From NCBI GenBank assembly GCA_000989305.1, contig LBTB01000002.1:40411-104410 (forward strand): DNA of 64,000 nt, read 5' to 3'. The notes below the pieces were generated by a model. The model was not told where the DNA came from. It saw only the letters and a list, made by a program, of their open reading frames with translations, and did no database searches. This document shows, piece by piece, positions 37,365 to 45,988 of this stretch. Position numbers and translations under genes: made by a program. Source of the DNA: Candidatus Shapirobacteria bacterium GW2011_GWF2_37_20. Lineage in GTDB: Bacteria > Patescibacteriota > Microgenomatia > UBA12405. Every line of letters starts with the position of its first letter. Position 1 is the stretch's first letter.

Positions 37365-39590
37365 TTATTTCCAAACTATTTTAAACAGTTTCGCGGCCAA
37401 ATAATTTCCACCATAGTTTAAAGAAGGACTCATTAAGTTCTCAGCTTGGTAAAAATTTATCGATGCCGAATAGTCTGGACTAAATTTATTTTTCTTTTCC
37501 GCCAATGCTTTTTGTAATTCCGCTAAATAATATAAGGTATTTTTCTCAAACAGAGCAATTTTTCTTTTATTCAAAATAATTTTTAAATTATCTAATATTT
37601 CTTCACTGTTTGTAAAGATATTTTCTTTTGATCTAAACAATATATAAGCCTCAACCGCTTCAGATATATTTTCTTTTCGTGCCGCTTTCAATGCCTTACT
37701 GGCCCCAATAATCTCAAAATCTCTTCTTAATATTTCCCAACTCTCACTAGTTTGATTATCCATTATTTTAATTATTTGTCCATCTTCGATTACACCTTCA
37801 TAATATTTCCACTCCCTATCGTCACCCGCCACCAAATGATATACACCCCCACCACCATTTCCCACAAGTTTTATGACACAATCTCCCAACAGATAATTCT
37901 CCATAATTACCCAACCATCAACATCACTTTTTTCCGTCCCACCACAGTTTACGGTCATATTTGCTGGTGATCCCAAATAAAATATAGCTTGTCTTTCAGA
38001 ATAACTACTCCCATTATTTACCGCCACTTCCAGTCCCATTTTTTGTAAAATCCAATTAGTTGATTCGTCAACCAAAGCTCGGTGACTCGAATCAAAATCT
38101 TCATTCTCAGCTTCTGAAATTATTGCACTTTTCCTTAAAACCGTTCCATCACCATCCCCGTATTCATGTAATTTTGGTTTTCCATCTTTCCAAATTCCCA
38201 AAAATTGATCGAATATGGAACTGTCTTTCAAATAAATCCATTCTTTTGTCTCTTCTCCAGTTCCACCTATTGTCGACAATTGACCAAAAAAAGAAGACAT
38301 TGTATTGTTCTTCTCCCGTAAAAACGGACTGGTGTTTATAGAAACTGTATTACCATTCTTTTTTAAAAATTCAAAGGTAGGCAATAAATCAAAAACAACT
38401 GGGGCGTAACTCCGTAAAGTTTGCACAATCGTATCATTGTTTTTCTTTTGTAGCTGCAATAAAACATTTAAAGCTACCGCAGCGATATCCGTACTATCAC
38501 TAATTTTTGCCCCATTCCAAGCTTCATACGCCTTAACTGATCCATAATGAGGGCTTCCCAAAGTAATTGTTTTATCAATCAATTCACCATGATCTTGAGA
38601 CCAAATCCGGGCCACCAAGCCTCCCAAACTGTGTCCTACTAAGTCCAGTTTTTGCCCTGTTTCCAAATCTAAACTATTTACATAATTATTGAAATCTCCC
38701 ACTATCTGATTTAGCGGCTTCCTCCAGTCATAATTCCACACATAAAAATCTTGGTCTTTTTCCATGCCATTATTTTCCAAGGCTCTGACTAACAAATCAT
38801 AATTCTTAACGAAAGGTGTCATCGTCCAGTGAAAATTTGCCGACGTATTCCCGGTTAACATTGCCTCCGGGTTCCAACTCGCCCCTAAACCGGGGAAAAT
38901 AATAACTTTATTTACCGGTACTGGTGTAACATCACCCGTATACAGGTTGACATAATCCATATTTAAGTCATTCCAGTCTGTTCTCCCTCCGCGTTGTGAA
39001 TTACCAATAAATATATTTTGAGGAATACATTGGTTATCATTGGTGATAAAAATTATTTGCGAATCAAGCGAAATAGTGTATTTTCCACCATTTTTTTCAA
39101 TCTTAAAAATATGCCAACCCCCAGTATCAGCCAAACGGATTCTTGATAAGGATATGTTACTGTAATCACATCTGCCATCAGATAACACCTCAACATTTCT
39201 GTACTGAAAAACAAGTCCCATGTCCAAGTCATTCCAAATAGAAAATTGATAATATGGATAATCATTATCCCCAGTATAACCAACACCCATACCATCACCC
39301 ATAAAACCAATCTGACCATAACTATAACGATATTCCAAAGTAACATGGTCAAAATCGCCAAACTTTGTAGCTTCAGAATTTGTAACAAAAGGAAAATTTA
39401 GCCCAGACGATGACAAACTCATTATCCCATCCATGAAAATTATTTCTCCACCATTGGCTTCATATTTCCAATTGCTATCTTCCTTTATATGAAAATCATC
39501 AGAAAATAACACGTAGGAATATGATTCTTTTGTAGAAAAAATAAAAATAAAAAATAAAACAAACAAAGATAATTGTATTTTTTTTAACAT
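37365..39590 (-). CDS. large secreted alpha/beta-hydrolase (lipase/esterase-like, GHSxG nucleophile elbow) with extra N- and C-terminal domains
   Basis: Signal peptide MLKKIQLSLFVLFFIFIFSTKESYS. DLVGHSLGGLVAR (lipase class-2/PGAP1-like Ser motif) at about residue 320. 741 aa. Convergent with gdhA, 1-nt spacing. Confidence 0.5.
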   Translation of the reverse strand: MLKKIQLSLFVLFFIFIFSTKESYSYVLFSDDFHIKEDSNWKYEANGGEIIFMDGIMSLSSSGLNFPFVTNSEATKFGDFDHVTLEYRYSYGQIGFMGDGMGVGYTGDNDYPYYQFSIWNDLDMGLVFQYRNVEVLSDGRCDYSNISLSRIRLADTGGWHIFKIEKNGGKYTISLDSQIIFITNDNQCIPQNIFIGNSQRGGRTDWNDLNMDYVNLYTGDVTPVPVNKVIIFPGLGASWNPEAMLTGNTSANFHWTMTPFVKNYDLLVRALENNGMEKDQDFYVWNYDWRKPLNQIVGDFNNYVNSLDLETGQKLDLVGHSLGGLVARIWSQDHGELIDKTITLGSPHYGSVKAYEAWNGAKISDSTDIAAVALNVLLQLQKKNNDTIVQTLRSYAPVVFDLLPTFEFLKKNGNTVSINTSPFLREKNNTMSSFFGQLSTIGGTGEETKEWIYLKDSSIFDQFLGIWKDGKPKLHEYGDGDGTVLRKSAIISEAENEDFDSSHRALVDESTNWILQKMGLEVAVNNGSSYSERQAIFYLGSPANMTVNCGGTEKSDVDGWVIMENYLLGDCVIKLVGNGGGGVYHLVAGDDREWKYYEGVIEDGQIIKIMDNQTSESWEILRRDFEIIGASKALKAARKENISEAVEAYILFRSKENIFTNSEEILDNLKIILNKRKIALFEKNTLYYLAELQKALAEKKNKFSPDYSASINFYQAENLMSPSLNYGGNYLAAKLFKIVWK

Positions 39591-39764
39591 AAATTAATAA
39601 TAATACTTGTGAAAAAAATTGCAATATTTCATAATTTAAATCCGAGCATCAGGCTTAATATATTAAAAAAAGTAAGATTATATTTATTAAAAAAACTATA
39701 TTTATCAAAAATTGTATAATTAACTGGAATTACACCGTAGATTAAATATAAAAAATAATTCAAC

Positions 39765-40529
39765 ATGAACAACATCTCTCTTCTTCTCCTCACTAAAAAT
39801 GAACAAGATAACCTCAAAGGGTGGAGCGATTGGATACACCAATTAACAGCCATCAATGAAATTGTTGTAGTTGATGATGAATCAACCGACAGCACCGTAA
39901 AAATCTTAAAATCATTCTTCACCAAAGAGCTATCAATTAACATTTTCAAAAAAAAACTCGAAAACAACTTCTCTGATCAAAGAAATTTTGGGTTAAAAAA
40001 ATGTCAAAACGATTGGATCCTGTTTCTTGACGCCGATGAAGTTCCCACTGAAAAAACTATTAATTACCTCAATCACCTTTCCCTCAAAAACGGTGAAAAT
40101 TATTCTTTTAAAAGAAGCGTTGTTTATCTGGGCCACACCATCTCCCATGGTCAATGTCTCAACGATCTCCCTATAAAATTATTCAATAAGAATGAAGGTA
40201 AGTTTATTAACCCTGTCCATGAAATTTGGGAAAGTACCAGTACCACTATAGATACATACCAAACCATTCTTCACTACTCCATAAAATCACTTACAGCTTT
40301 TCTGCAAAAAATAAACTTCTATTCATCTCTTCGTGCCCAAGAACTTTTTAACCAAAAACACCATCCCCACCTCTGGGAAATAATTATTTACCCAAAACTA
40401 AAGTTTTTAGACTTATATTTTCTAAGACTCGGATTTCTTGACGGTACTGCCGGCATTATCCTCTCCCTATCTTTGTCCTTTAACAGCTTTTTAGTTCGGT
40501 CAAAACTATGGCACTTGTCACAAAAATAG
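39765..40529 (+). CDS. glycosyltransferase family 2
   Basis: ISLLLLTKNEQDNLKGW...IVVVDDESTDSTVKIL...LFLDADEV (GT2 DxD region). Confidence 0.65.
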   Translation: MNNISLLLLTKNEQDNLKGWSDWIHQLTAINEIVVVDDESTDSTVKILKSFFTKELSINIFKKKLENNFSDQRNFGLKKCQNDWILFLDADEVPTEKTINYLNHLSLKNGENYSFKRSVVYLGHTISHGQCLNDLPIKLFNKNEGKFINPVHEIWESTSTTIDTYQTILHYSIKSLTAFLQKINFYSSLRAQELFNQKHHPHLWEIIIYPKLKFLDLYFLRLGFLDGTAGIILSLSLSFNSFLVRSKLWHLSQK

Positions 40530-41575
40530 CCCTATATCTAACCATCATCCTTTTCTTTTTTGGTCAACTTTTTCGTCTTCAATTATTAAATATTTCTTTC
40601 CCAATTTTCGACATTGCTCTTTTATTTCTTGCCTTTTCAAATCTTCTTTCAAATAAATTTAATTTAAAAAATCTCCACTCCTGGGTAATATATTTTTCCC
40701 TATTTTCTCTATTAACCCTCGTTTTAAATTGGTTCCGTTTCCCCTTTTCCCTCTCTAGTTTCTTTTATTGGCTCCGCTTAGTTTCACTTCTTTCTCTGTT
40801 TCTTTTTCCCCTTAATATCGATCAAAAAACAGATAAATTTTTTCGTCTCATTCTATGGTCAGGACTTATATTTGGATTTATCCAATATATTTTCTGGCCG
40901 GATTTTACCTACTTTTCCACTCTCAACTGGGATCCTCATTTATACCGCCTTTTGGGAACTTTTTTCGATCCCACTTTTACCGGATTAATTTTTCTATTAT
41001 TTCTTATTAAAATATACTTTTCATCCCAGACAAAATTGTTTTTAATCCCTATCTATTTTGGTCTCGCCCTAACTTATAGCCGCTCGTCTCTCCTAGCATT
41101 TATGATTGTTTTTGCTTTTATCGCCATTATCAAAAAGAATCTAAAGATTTTTTTGATATCTTTGTTAATTTTCGTCTCGACCATTATTATTCTTCCGCGT
41201 ATGCCAGGAGAGGGGACTAAGCTGGAAAGGACTAGTTCTATAAAAGCAAAAATTGCCAATTATAAAAGTGGCCTAAAACTATTCTTCACCTCTCCGATTG
41301 TTGGAGTTGGTTACAACAACCTTTCCACCATCAGACCTGATAAAAACTCTCACGCTAATTCCGGTTTCGACGGCAGTCTATTAACCATCTGTGTCACTAC
41401 CGGCCTAATTGGTCTTTTTCTATTTTCTAAAATATTTATTCAAAATCTCGGTTCTACCTCACTTTATTGGCAATCAATACTTCTCACCGTGTTTATTCAT
41501 TCACTTTTTGCCAACTCTCTTCTCTATCCTTGGATCCTATTTTTTCTTGCTTTCGAGTTTAGATATCGTAAGTAA
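40508..41575 (+). CDS. O-antigen ligase-like polytopic membrane protein (Wzy_C family)
   Basis: About 10 TM helices and the LALTYSRSSLLAFMIVFAF motif (O-antigen ligase SR loop). Overlaps the upstream GT2 by 22 nt. Confidence 0.45.
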   Translation: MALVTKIALYLTIILFFFGQLFRLQLLNISFPIFDIALLFLAFSNLLSNKFNLKNLHSWVIYFSLFSLLTLVLNWFRFPFSLSSFFYWLRLVSLLSLFLFPLNIDQKTDKFFRLILWSGLIFGFIQYIFWPDFTYFSTLNWDPHLYRLLGTFFDPTFTGLIFLLFLIKIYFSSQTKLFLIPIYFGLALTYSRSSLLAFMIVFAFIAIIKKNLKIFLISLLIFVSTIIILPRMPGEGTKLERTSSIKAKIANYKSGLKLFFTSPIVGVGYNNLSTIRPDKNSHANSGFDGSLLTICVTTGLIGLFLFSKIFIQNLGSTSLYWQSILLTVFIHSLFANSLLYPWILFFLAFEFRYRK

Positions 41576-42290
41576 TTTCAATTGTTTTCTTTGTCTCGTT
41601 GCCCGCATCACTTCGAATTATTATTTCCAAATTATTCTTTCCCGCATTCAACTGAACTTTAAGCTTAAACAACCCTTCATCATCTACCAGTGCCAATCGT
41701 CCGTTTATACTCACACTAACTCCTTTATCGCTTTTTCCTACAACATCAAAATCTGCGCTATCAACACTAATCTTATCCTCAGACGGGTTAATCATGTTTA
41801 AACTTGGCGGTTGGTTGTCATAAATAATTGTCACCGCCTTAGATAACTCACTGTTTCCCTCTTTTGGTGTCGATGCTAAAGCCGTAAATGTATTTCCACC
41901 GCTATCCAAAGTTATATCTGTAAAAACAAAACCGCCCTTGTCATCAACTATTTTCTTTCCCAAAGATACATCGTTTTTCAATAATTCCACTTCAACCTTC
42001 GGTTCTGCTACTCCAGAAATTGAAAATCGCGCACTGTTTGTCGCCTCAAAGCTTACAACTAACCTTGGTGGTAATGGAGGCAACACTTTTTCTTGATTAT
42101 CAGTTCTTGATAAGCTTTTTGCATTACCCAAAAGTACTGACAATTTTATCAAAAGAGGTAAACCAAAAATAAGAACGGCAGCAAAAATAAGCACCGTTAC
42201 CCCCCCTAAAACTATTGTCTTTTTAGTTATCTCCTCGTCCTCTTTTCTATTTAGTCTCGATCTTGGTTTTGTCTTAAAAAATTCTGACAT
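41559..42290 (-). CDS. membrane-anchored extracytoplasmic protein with beta-rich (Ig-like) repeats, unknown function
   Basis: N-terminal TM (IVLGGVTVLIFAAVLIFGLPLLI), PPLPP linker, then repeated beta-strand-like segments (KVEVELLKNDVSL..., GVSVSINGRLALV...). Confidence 0.4.
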   Translation of the reverse strand: MSEFFKTKPRSRLNRKEDEEITKKTIVLGGVTVLIFAAVLIFGLPLLIKLSVLLGNAKSLSRTDNQEKVLPPLPPRLVVSFEATNSARFSISGVAEPKVEVELLKNDVSLGKKIVDDKGGFVFTDITLDSGGNTFTALASTPKEGNSELSKAVTIIYDNQPPSLNMINPSEDKISVDSADFDVVGKSDKGVSVSINGRLALVDDEGLFKLKVQLNAGKNNLEIIIRSDAGNETKKTIEITYDI

Positions 42291-42323
42291 ATTATTAATA
42301 TATTTTACATCAATAAAAACTCA

Positions 42324-42394
42324 GAGCCCCTTGCCAGAATTGAACTGACATCTGTGGTTTACGATACCAAAGCTCTACCGTTGAGCTAAAGGGG
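42324..42394 (-). tRNA. tRNA-Thr (anticodon CGT)
   Basis: Reverse complement folds as acceptor GCCCCTT/AAGGGGC, D-arm GCTC-AACGGTA-GAGC, anticodon stem TTGGT/ACCAC with loop ATCGTAA, T-arm GTCAG-TTCAATT-CTGGC, discriminator T. 4-nt variable loop. Confidence 0.7.
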
Positions 42395-42403
42395 CACAGG
42401 TTT

Positions 42404-42474
42404 GAGCGGCTAGAGGGAATCGGACCCTCGACTAATCCTTGGGAAGGATTCATTTTACCACTAAACCATAGCCG
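42404..42474 (-). tRNA. tRNA-Gly (anticodon CCC)
   Basis: Reverse complement: acceptor GCGGCTA/TAGCCGC, anticodon stem AATCC/GGATT with loop TTCCCAA, T-arm GAGGG-TCCGATT-CCCTC, discriminator T. Confidence 0.75.
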
Positions 42475-42481
42475 CACTGGC

Positions 42482-43099
42482 CTAAATTTTACCATAGATA
42501 CTCAGTGTCATTCCGATTTCCAGCTTGTCCGGGCTATTTAGTTTACTCCTATTATCTTGCCAAATTTTAGTCCATTGGTATCCGTCACCATACACTCTCT
42601 GGGCAATTTTCCACAAACTGTCACCCCAAACCACCACATACTCTGTTTTTTCATTGACAACTGTAGCGCTTCCTTCATTGTCAGCCTTGACTTCACTTTT
42701 TTCAATTATTGGTAAGACCAATTTTTGACCAACGTAAACCAGTCCAGGATTTTCCAAATTATTCAATTTGGCAATCTCAGTCCACTTATAGCCATCGTTG
42801 AATTCTCTGACAGCAATCTTCCACAAACTATCATCTTTTTGAACCGTGACTGTATTTTCACCATTTTTATCACCAATTTTAATTTCTTCTTCCACCTTTA
42901 AGTAATTACTTACTCCAGGTACACCAACATTTCCTTTTCGTTTTTCAATATAATTCACCAGAAAGCCAATCGCCGCCACTACCACCACCAAACCTAAAAA
43001 CATACTAACCACATCTTCTCTTGATTTAAAGAATCCTTTCTTTGTTTGTTTTGCCATATATCCAAACATAGCGAATTTAGGTCCTATAGTCAACTCCAA
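42482..43099 (-). CDS. LysM-domain peptidoglycan-binding protein (two LysM repeats, N-terminal TM)
   Basis: Two LysM motifs: VTVQKDDSLWKIAVREF...YVGQKLVLP and YVVVWGDSLWKIAQRVYGDGYQWTKIWQDN...LEIGMTLSI. Confidence 0.75.
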   Translation of the reverse strand: MELTIGPKFAMFGYMAKQTKKGFFKSREDVVSMFLGLVVVVAAIGFLVNYIEKRKGNVGVPGVSNYLKVEEEIKIGDKNGENTVTVQKDDSLWKIAVREFNDGYKWTEIAKLNNLENPGLVYVGQKLVLPIIEKSEVKADNEGSATVVNEKTEYVVVWGDSLWKIAQRVYGDGYQWTKIWQDNRSKLNSPDKLEIGMTLSIYGKI

Positions 43100-43107
43100 A
43101 GGGTCAA

Positions 43108-43404
43108 TTATCTCCGTATAATAATTTCATCACCAAGCTTTTGACTACTTAATTGCATTAACCTATTTAATTCTTTTACAAATAGTTCCGCCTTTTCTAA
43201 ATTTAACTTATATATTCTTTCTTTCCCCTTAACCCTGTCATTAACTAGTCCAGCTTTTCTTAAAACCGACAAATGATTCGATACTGTTGCCTGGCTTAAA
43301 TTTAATTTTTTAACAATTTCACTCACGTTTAATTCGCCAAATCCCAACCAATAAACTATTTTTCTCCGGTTTATTTCAGCCATCGCTTTATATATCTTAT
43401 CCAT
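43108..43404 (-). CDS. ArsR/SmtB-family HTH transcriptional regulator
   Basis: INRRKIVYWLGFGELNVSEIVKKLNLSQATVSNHLSVLRKAGLV (winged helix, ArsR pattern). Confidence 0.7.
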   Translation of the reverse strand: MDKIYKAMAEINRRKIVYWLGFGELNVSEIVKKLNLSQATVSNHLSVLRKAGLVNDRVKGKERIYKLNLEKAELFVKELNRLMQLSSQKLGDEIIIRR

Positions 43405-43492
43405 AATTGCATTATATCGACAACCATCAATATGTCAATAAATCATTATGTGGTTGAAAAAAATACGCTCAGGCGTCAAAATATACTTCAAT

Positions 43493-44104
43493 ATGAACAA
43501 CTACGATGATAAACAGGAAAAATCTTTAGTTTTAGTAAAACCAGATGGCGTTCAAAGGGCCCTAATCGGTGAAGCAATTAAACGATATGAACAATGTGGT
43601 CTAAAACTCGTTGCCATGAAAATGGTAATTCCCACCCGCGATCAAGCCCTTAAACACTATTCTGTTGATCCAGACTGGGCATTTAAAACCGGCACCAAAT
43701 CTATCGAATCGTGGAAGGCTAAGGGTTTAACTCCTCCAACAGAAGACCCAATTGAGCTGGCTGAGAATGTCAGGAAACAACTAGTTGATTTCCTAAGTAG
43801 TGGTCCAGTTGTAGCCATGGTTTGGCAGGGAATGAATGCCATTGGAGTTATTCGAAAAATTACTGGCGGCACCGAGCCTCTTACCTCCGTTCCCGGAACC
43901 ATTCGTGGAGACTATACTATTGATTCATATCGAGCCTCTGATACTGATAAGCGCGCCGTCCGCAACATTATTCACGCCTCCGGCTCAGTTGAAGAAGCTG
44001 ACAAGGAAATGGCTCTCTGGTTTAAACCAGAAGAAATCTTAAATTATCGCCTAATTGCTGAAGAAATCATCTACGACGCCAACCTCGACGGTATTTTGGA
44101 ATAA
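43493..44104 (+). CDS. ndk: nucleoside diphosphate kinase with an internal insertion
   Basis: EKSLVLVKPDGVQRALIGEAIKRYEQCGLKLVAMKMV (NDK N-terminus) and NIIHASGSVEEADKEMALWF (catalytic His motif NxxHGSDS). About 35 extra residues in the middle. The longer track ORF starts at 43448. Confidence 0.75.
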   Translation: MNNYDDKQEKSLVLVKPDGVQRALIGEAIKRYEQCGLKLVAMKMVIPTRDQALKHYSVDPDWAFKTGTKSIESWKAKGLTPPTEDPIELAENVRKQLVDFLSSGPVVAMVWQGMNAIGVIRKITGGTEPLTSVPGTIRGDYTIDSYRASDTDKRAVRNIIHASGSVEEADKEMALWFKPEEILNYRLIAEEIIYDANLDGILE

Positions 44105-44129
44105 AAAAGGGATAGTGAGATAATTAGTT

Positions 44130-44741
44130 GTGAAAATTGTTTATATTATCGTTAGCCTTCTCTTGGTATTTCTTATCTATGATAATTTTTTCTCACAACA
44201 TTCAAGACAAACACCCAGCGTTACCATAAATTCTCCGACACCTACGCCAACTCAACCATCCAATAAAATAGTCGAACCTGTCGCAGAATTTAAAACAAGA
44301 ATTACTAAAAAATTCTACGGTACTTATATAACACCCCAAAATTCACCCATAAAACCTGAAAAGTTCACCGGCTTTCACACAGCAGTTGATGTTGAATATG
44401 AAGATATTAAGGGCGATGTTCCCGTATATTCTATTGACGACGGTCAGGTAATATATTCAGGCCAAGTTAACGGTTATGGCGGTTTTATTGCCATCCAGTA
44501 TCCTCAATATATTGGAATCTATGGACACTTACAGCCAAAAAGTCTTCTTCCCAATAAATCGGTTATCAAAAAAGGCAATGTTATTGGAATTCTGGGTCAA
44601 GCCTATTCTGCGGAAACTGATGGTGAGCGAAAACATCTTCATTTTGCCATTCTTAAAAGTGTAAAACTCGACTTTCGTGGATATGTTCAAACAGAATCCG
44701 AACTTTCTTTATGGATTGATCCTCTCACCTTATTTCCTTGA
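44130..44741 (+). CDS. M23-family (LytM-like) zinc metallopeptidase with N-terminal TM
   Basis: FTGFHTAVDVEY (HxxxD zinc ligands) and KHLHFAI (HxH motif). GTG start. Confidence 0.7.
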   Translation: MKIVYIIVSLLLVFLIYDNFFSQHSRQTPSVTINSPTPTPTQPSNKIVEPVAEFKTRITKKFYGTYITPQNSPIKPEKFTGFHTAVDVEYEDIKGDVPVYSIDDGQVIYSGQVNGYGGFIAIQYPQYIGIYGHLQPKSLLPNKSVIKKGNVIGILGQAYSAETDGERKHLHFAILKSVKLDFRGYVQTESELSLWIDPLTLFP

Positions 44742-44768
44742 TCTAAAAAACAAGTGAGATAATACGGT

Positions 44769-45230
44769 GTGATCGAACAGGCGAAAATTCTTTGCACTAT
44801 TTTGGGAAGTTTCAAATTTAAAAAAGAAATCGATTTAGTTCGGGAAGAGCTTGAAGACAATAAGGTAACCGTTTTAGCACCAGAAAAAGGGTCAATATAT
44901 ATTCCACCCTCCAGAAGACATATCCTGATTCCGTCAAGTTTTAGACCCCTACCAAGCGAGAAAAACAAACCCATAAAACAAGTAGAAAATAATTTTTTGC
45001 GAAACATTGGCATATCAAATTTTACATACTTAGTAGATATTGATGGATATGTTGGCCCCGTGGTCAGCATGGAAATGGGATTTACCATTGCAAGAGAAAT
45101 TCCCCTATATGCCAAAGAAAAAATTAATATAAATTTAGATCCTAATCCGGAATGGAAAGAAAGAGTAGAAAAGATTCCGGTAATGACCCCAGCTGAAGCT
45201 TTAAAAGATTTTCAAGAAAAAAATCTATAA
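44769..45230 (+). CDS. hypothetical protein (weak nucleoside 2-deoxyribosyltransferase-like pattern, unverified)
   Basis: GTG start. ILCTILGSF...LVDIDGYVGPVVSMEMGFTIAREIPLYA loosely resembles the NDT/Rossmann-like GxxxExG region. No firm assignment. Confidence 0.3.
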   Translation: MIEQAKILCTILGSFKFKKEIDLVREELEDNKVTVLAPEKGSIYIPPSRRHILIPSSFRPLPSEKNKPIKQVENNFLRNIGISNFTYLVDIDGYVGPVVSMEMGFTIAREIPLYAKEKININLDPNPEWKERVEKIPVMTPAEALKDFQEKNL

Positions 45231-45236
45231 ATCACT

Positions 45237-45275
45237 AAAAATCCCCCAAGAAGGGGGATTTTGCTTTGCGGACCA
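45237..45275. repeat. direct repeat copy A (about 38 bp) containing a bidirectional terminator hairpin
   Basis: AAAAATCCCCCAAGAAGGGGGATTTTGCTTTGCGGACCA. It matches copy B at 45836-45877 with 2-3 differences and carries the 8 nt of the tRNA-Asp 3' end (GCGGACC). Confidence 0.6.
45241..45266. terminator. bidirectional intrinsic terminator (ATCCCCC-AAGAA-GGGGGAT plus T-run)
   Basis: Perfect 7-bp GC-rich stem with T-runs on both strands. Lies between the convergent genes 44769-45230 (+) and 45288-45833 (-). Confidence 0.55.
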
Positions 45276-45287
45276 TGTGGGACGAGA

Positions 45288-45833
45288 TTAGAACTTATTT
45301 AAATACTTATTCAGAACAATTTTCAACTCCTCAATCTCATATTGTCCGGGGTTAAACCGAACTAATGGAAAATTATTACGTTTAAATAACTCTCCAACAA
45401 ACTTATCTCTATCTATTCTATCTTCTTCCTCGTGACTTGAATCATCTAACTCAATAGCAAAAACTGGAGATTGTGTACCTTTATTCACTATTAAAAAATC
45501 TACTGATTTTTGGTTTATTCTCCTCAACCAACCTAAATAATATTTATATGCGCTTTGACGTTCAATCCTAAAAATCTTATCCAAATTAACCTGGGGATAA
45601 ACATCATAATTTAATCCTAAAACAACTCTAAGATTTTCAAACAATAATCTTTCATGATTTGACATCACGGTTTCTCTTAATCTATACGGTAAATAATAAT
45701 TAGGATTACTTACATCTTTTTCGTCCAATTCTCCCTCTTTAACCTCAATATTTGATTTTGAACGTAACCATAAATACAAAATTCCTATCACTAAAATAAT
45801 TACTATAGATTGCATAATTAAATATACACCCAA
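45288..45833 (-). CDS. DUF2726-like (restriction-endonuclease-like/PD-(D/E)xK-type fold) protein with N-terminal TM
   Basis: N-terminal TM (MQSIVIILVIGILYLWL) and the C-terminal pattern VDFLIVNKGTQSPVFAIELDDSSHEEEDRIDRDKFVGELFKRNNFPLVRF. The family call is from memory of DUF2726 and is unverified. Confidence 0.4.
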   Translation of the reverse strand: MGVYLIMQSIVIILVIGILYLWLRSKSNIEVKEGELDEKDVSNPNYYLPYRLRETVMSNHERLLFENLRVVLGLNYDVYPQVNLDKIFRIERQSAYKYYLGWLRRINQKSVDFLIVNKGTQSPVFAIELDDSSHEEEDRIDRDKFVGELFKRNNFPLVRFNPGQYEIEELKIVLNKYLNKF

Positions 45834-45835
45834 TT

Positions 45836-45877
45836 AAAAAATCCCCCAAAGTATGGGGGATTTTGCTTGCGGACCCA
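45836..45877. repeat. direct repeat copy B: tRNA-Asp 3' end plus its downstream terminator
   Basis: AAAAATCCCCCAAAGTATGGGGGATTTTGCTTGCGGACCCA. On the minus strand this is the tRNA-Asp acceptor 3' end followed by stem ATCCCCC/GGGGGAT and TTTTT. Confidence 0.6.
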
Positions 45878-45943
45878 ATGGGATTTGAACCCACGATCTT
45901 CCGCGTGACAGGCGGATGTGCTAGACCGCTGCACCATGGGTCC
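45870..45943 (-). tRNA. tRNA-Asp (anticodon GTC)
   Basis: Reverse complement: acceptor GGACCCA/TGGGTCC, D-arm GTGC-AGCGGTCTA-GCAC, anticodon stem TCCGC/GCGGA with loop CTGTCAC, T-arm GTGGG-TTCAAAT-CCCAT, discriminator G. Confidence 0.8.
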
Positions 45944-45988
45944 TAGAGCCTAAATACTATATCAAAATTACCACCTTTTATCTATTAT

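Noticed and set aside
1402-39388. Numerous short antisense or alternative-frame ORFs inside larger genes (e.g. 1402-1608, 2925-3395, 4155-4562, 9086-9349, 29229-29552, 34137-34400, 39053-39388, 51832-52089)
   Set aside because: Each is embedded in a longer ORF with clear family motifs on the other strand or frame. Low-complexity translations. Treated as non-coding.
39629-39967. 112-aa minus-strand ORF in the AT-rich region upstream of the GT2 gene
   Set aside because: Overlaps the start of the well-supported GT2 gene (39765) and sits in a divergent promoter region. Low-complexity translation.
42310-42495. 61-aa ORF from the six-frame track
   Set aside because: Lies entirely over the tRNA-Thr and tRNA-Gly genes on the same strand; spurious.
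45276-45869. Calling the repeat-flanked segment a mobile element
   Set aside because: No integrase or excisionase, and only one cargo gene. The repeats are reported, but an element call is not supportable from sequence alone.
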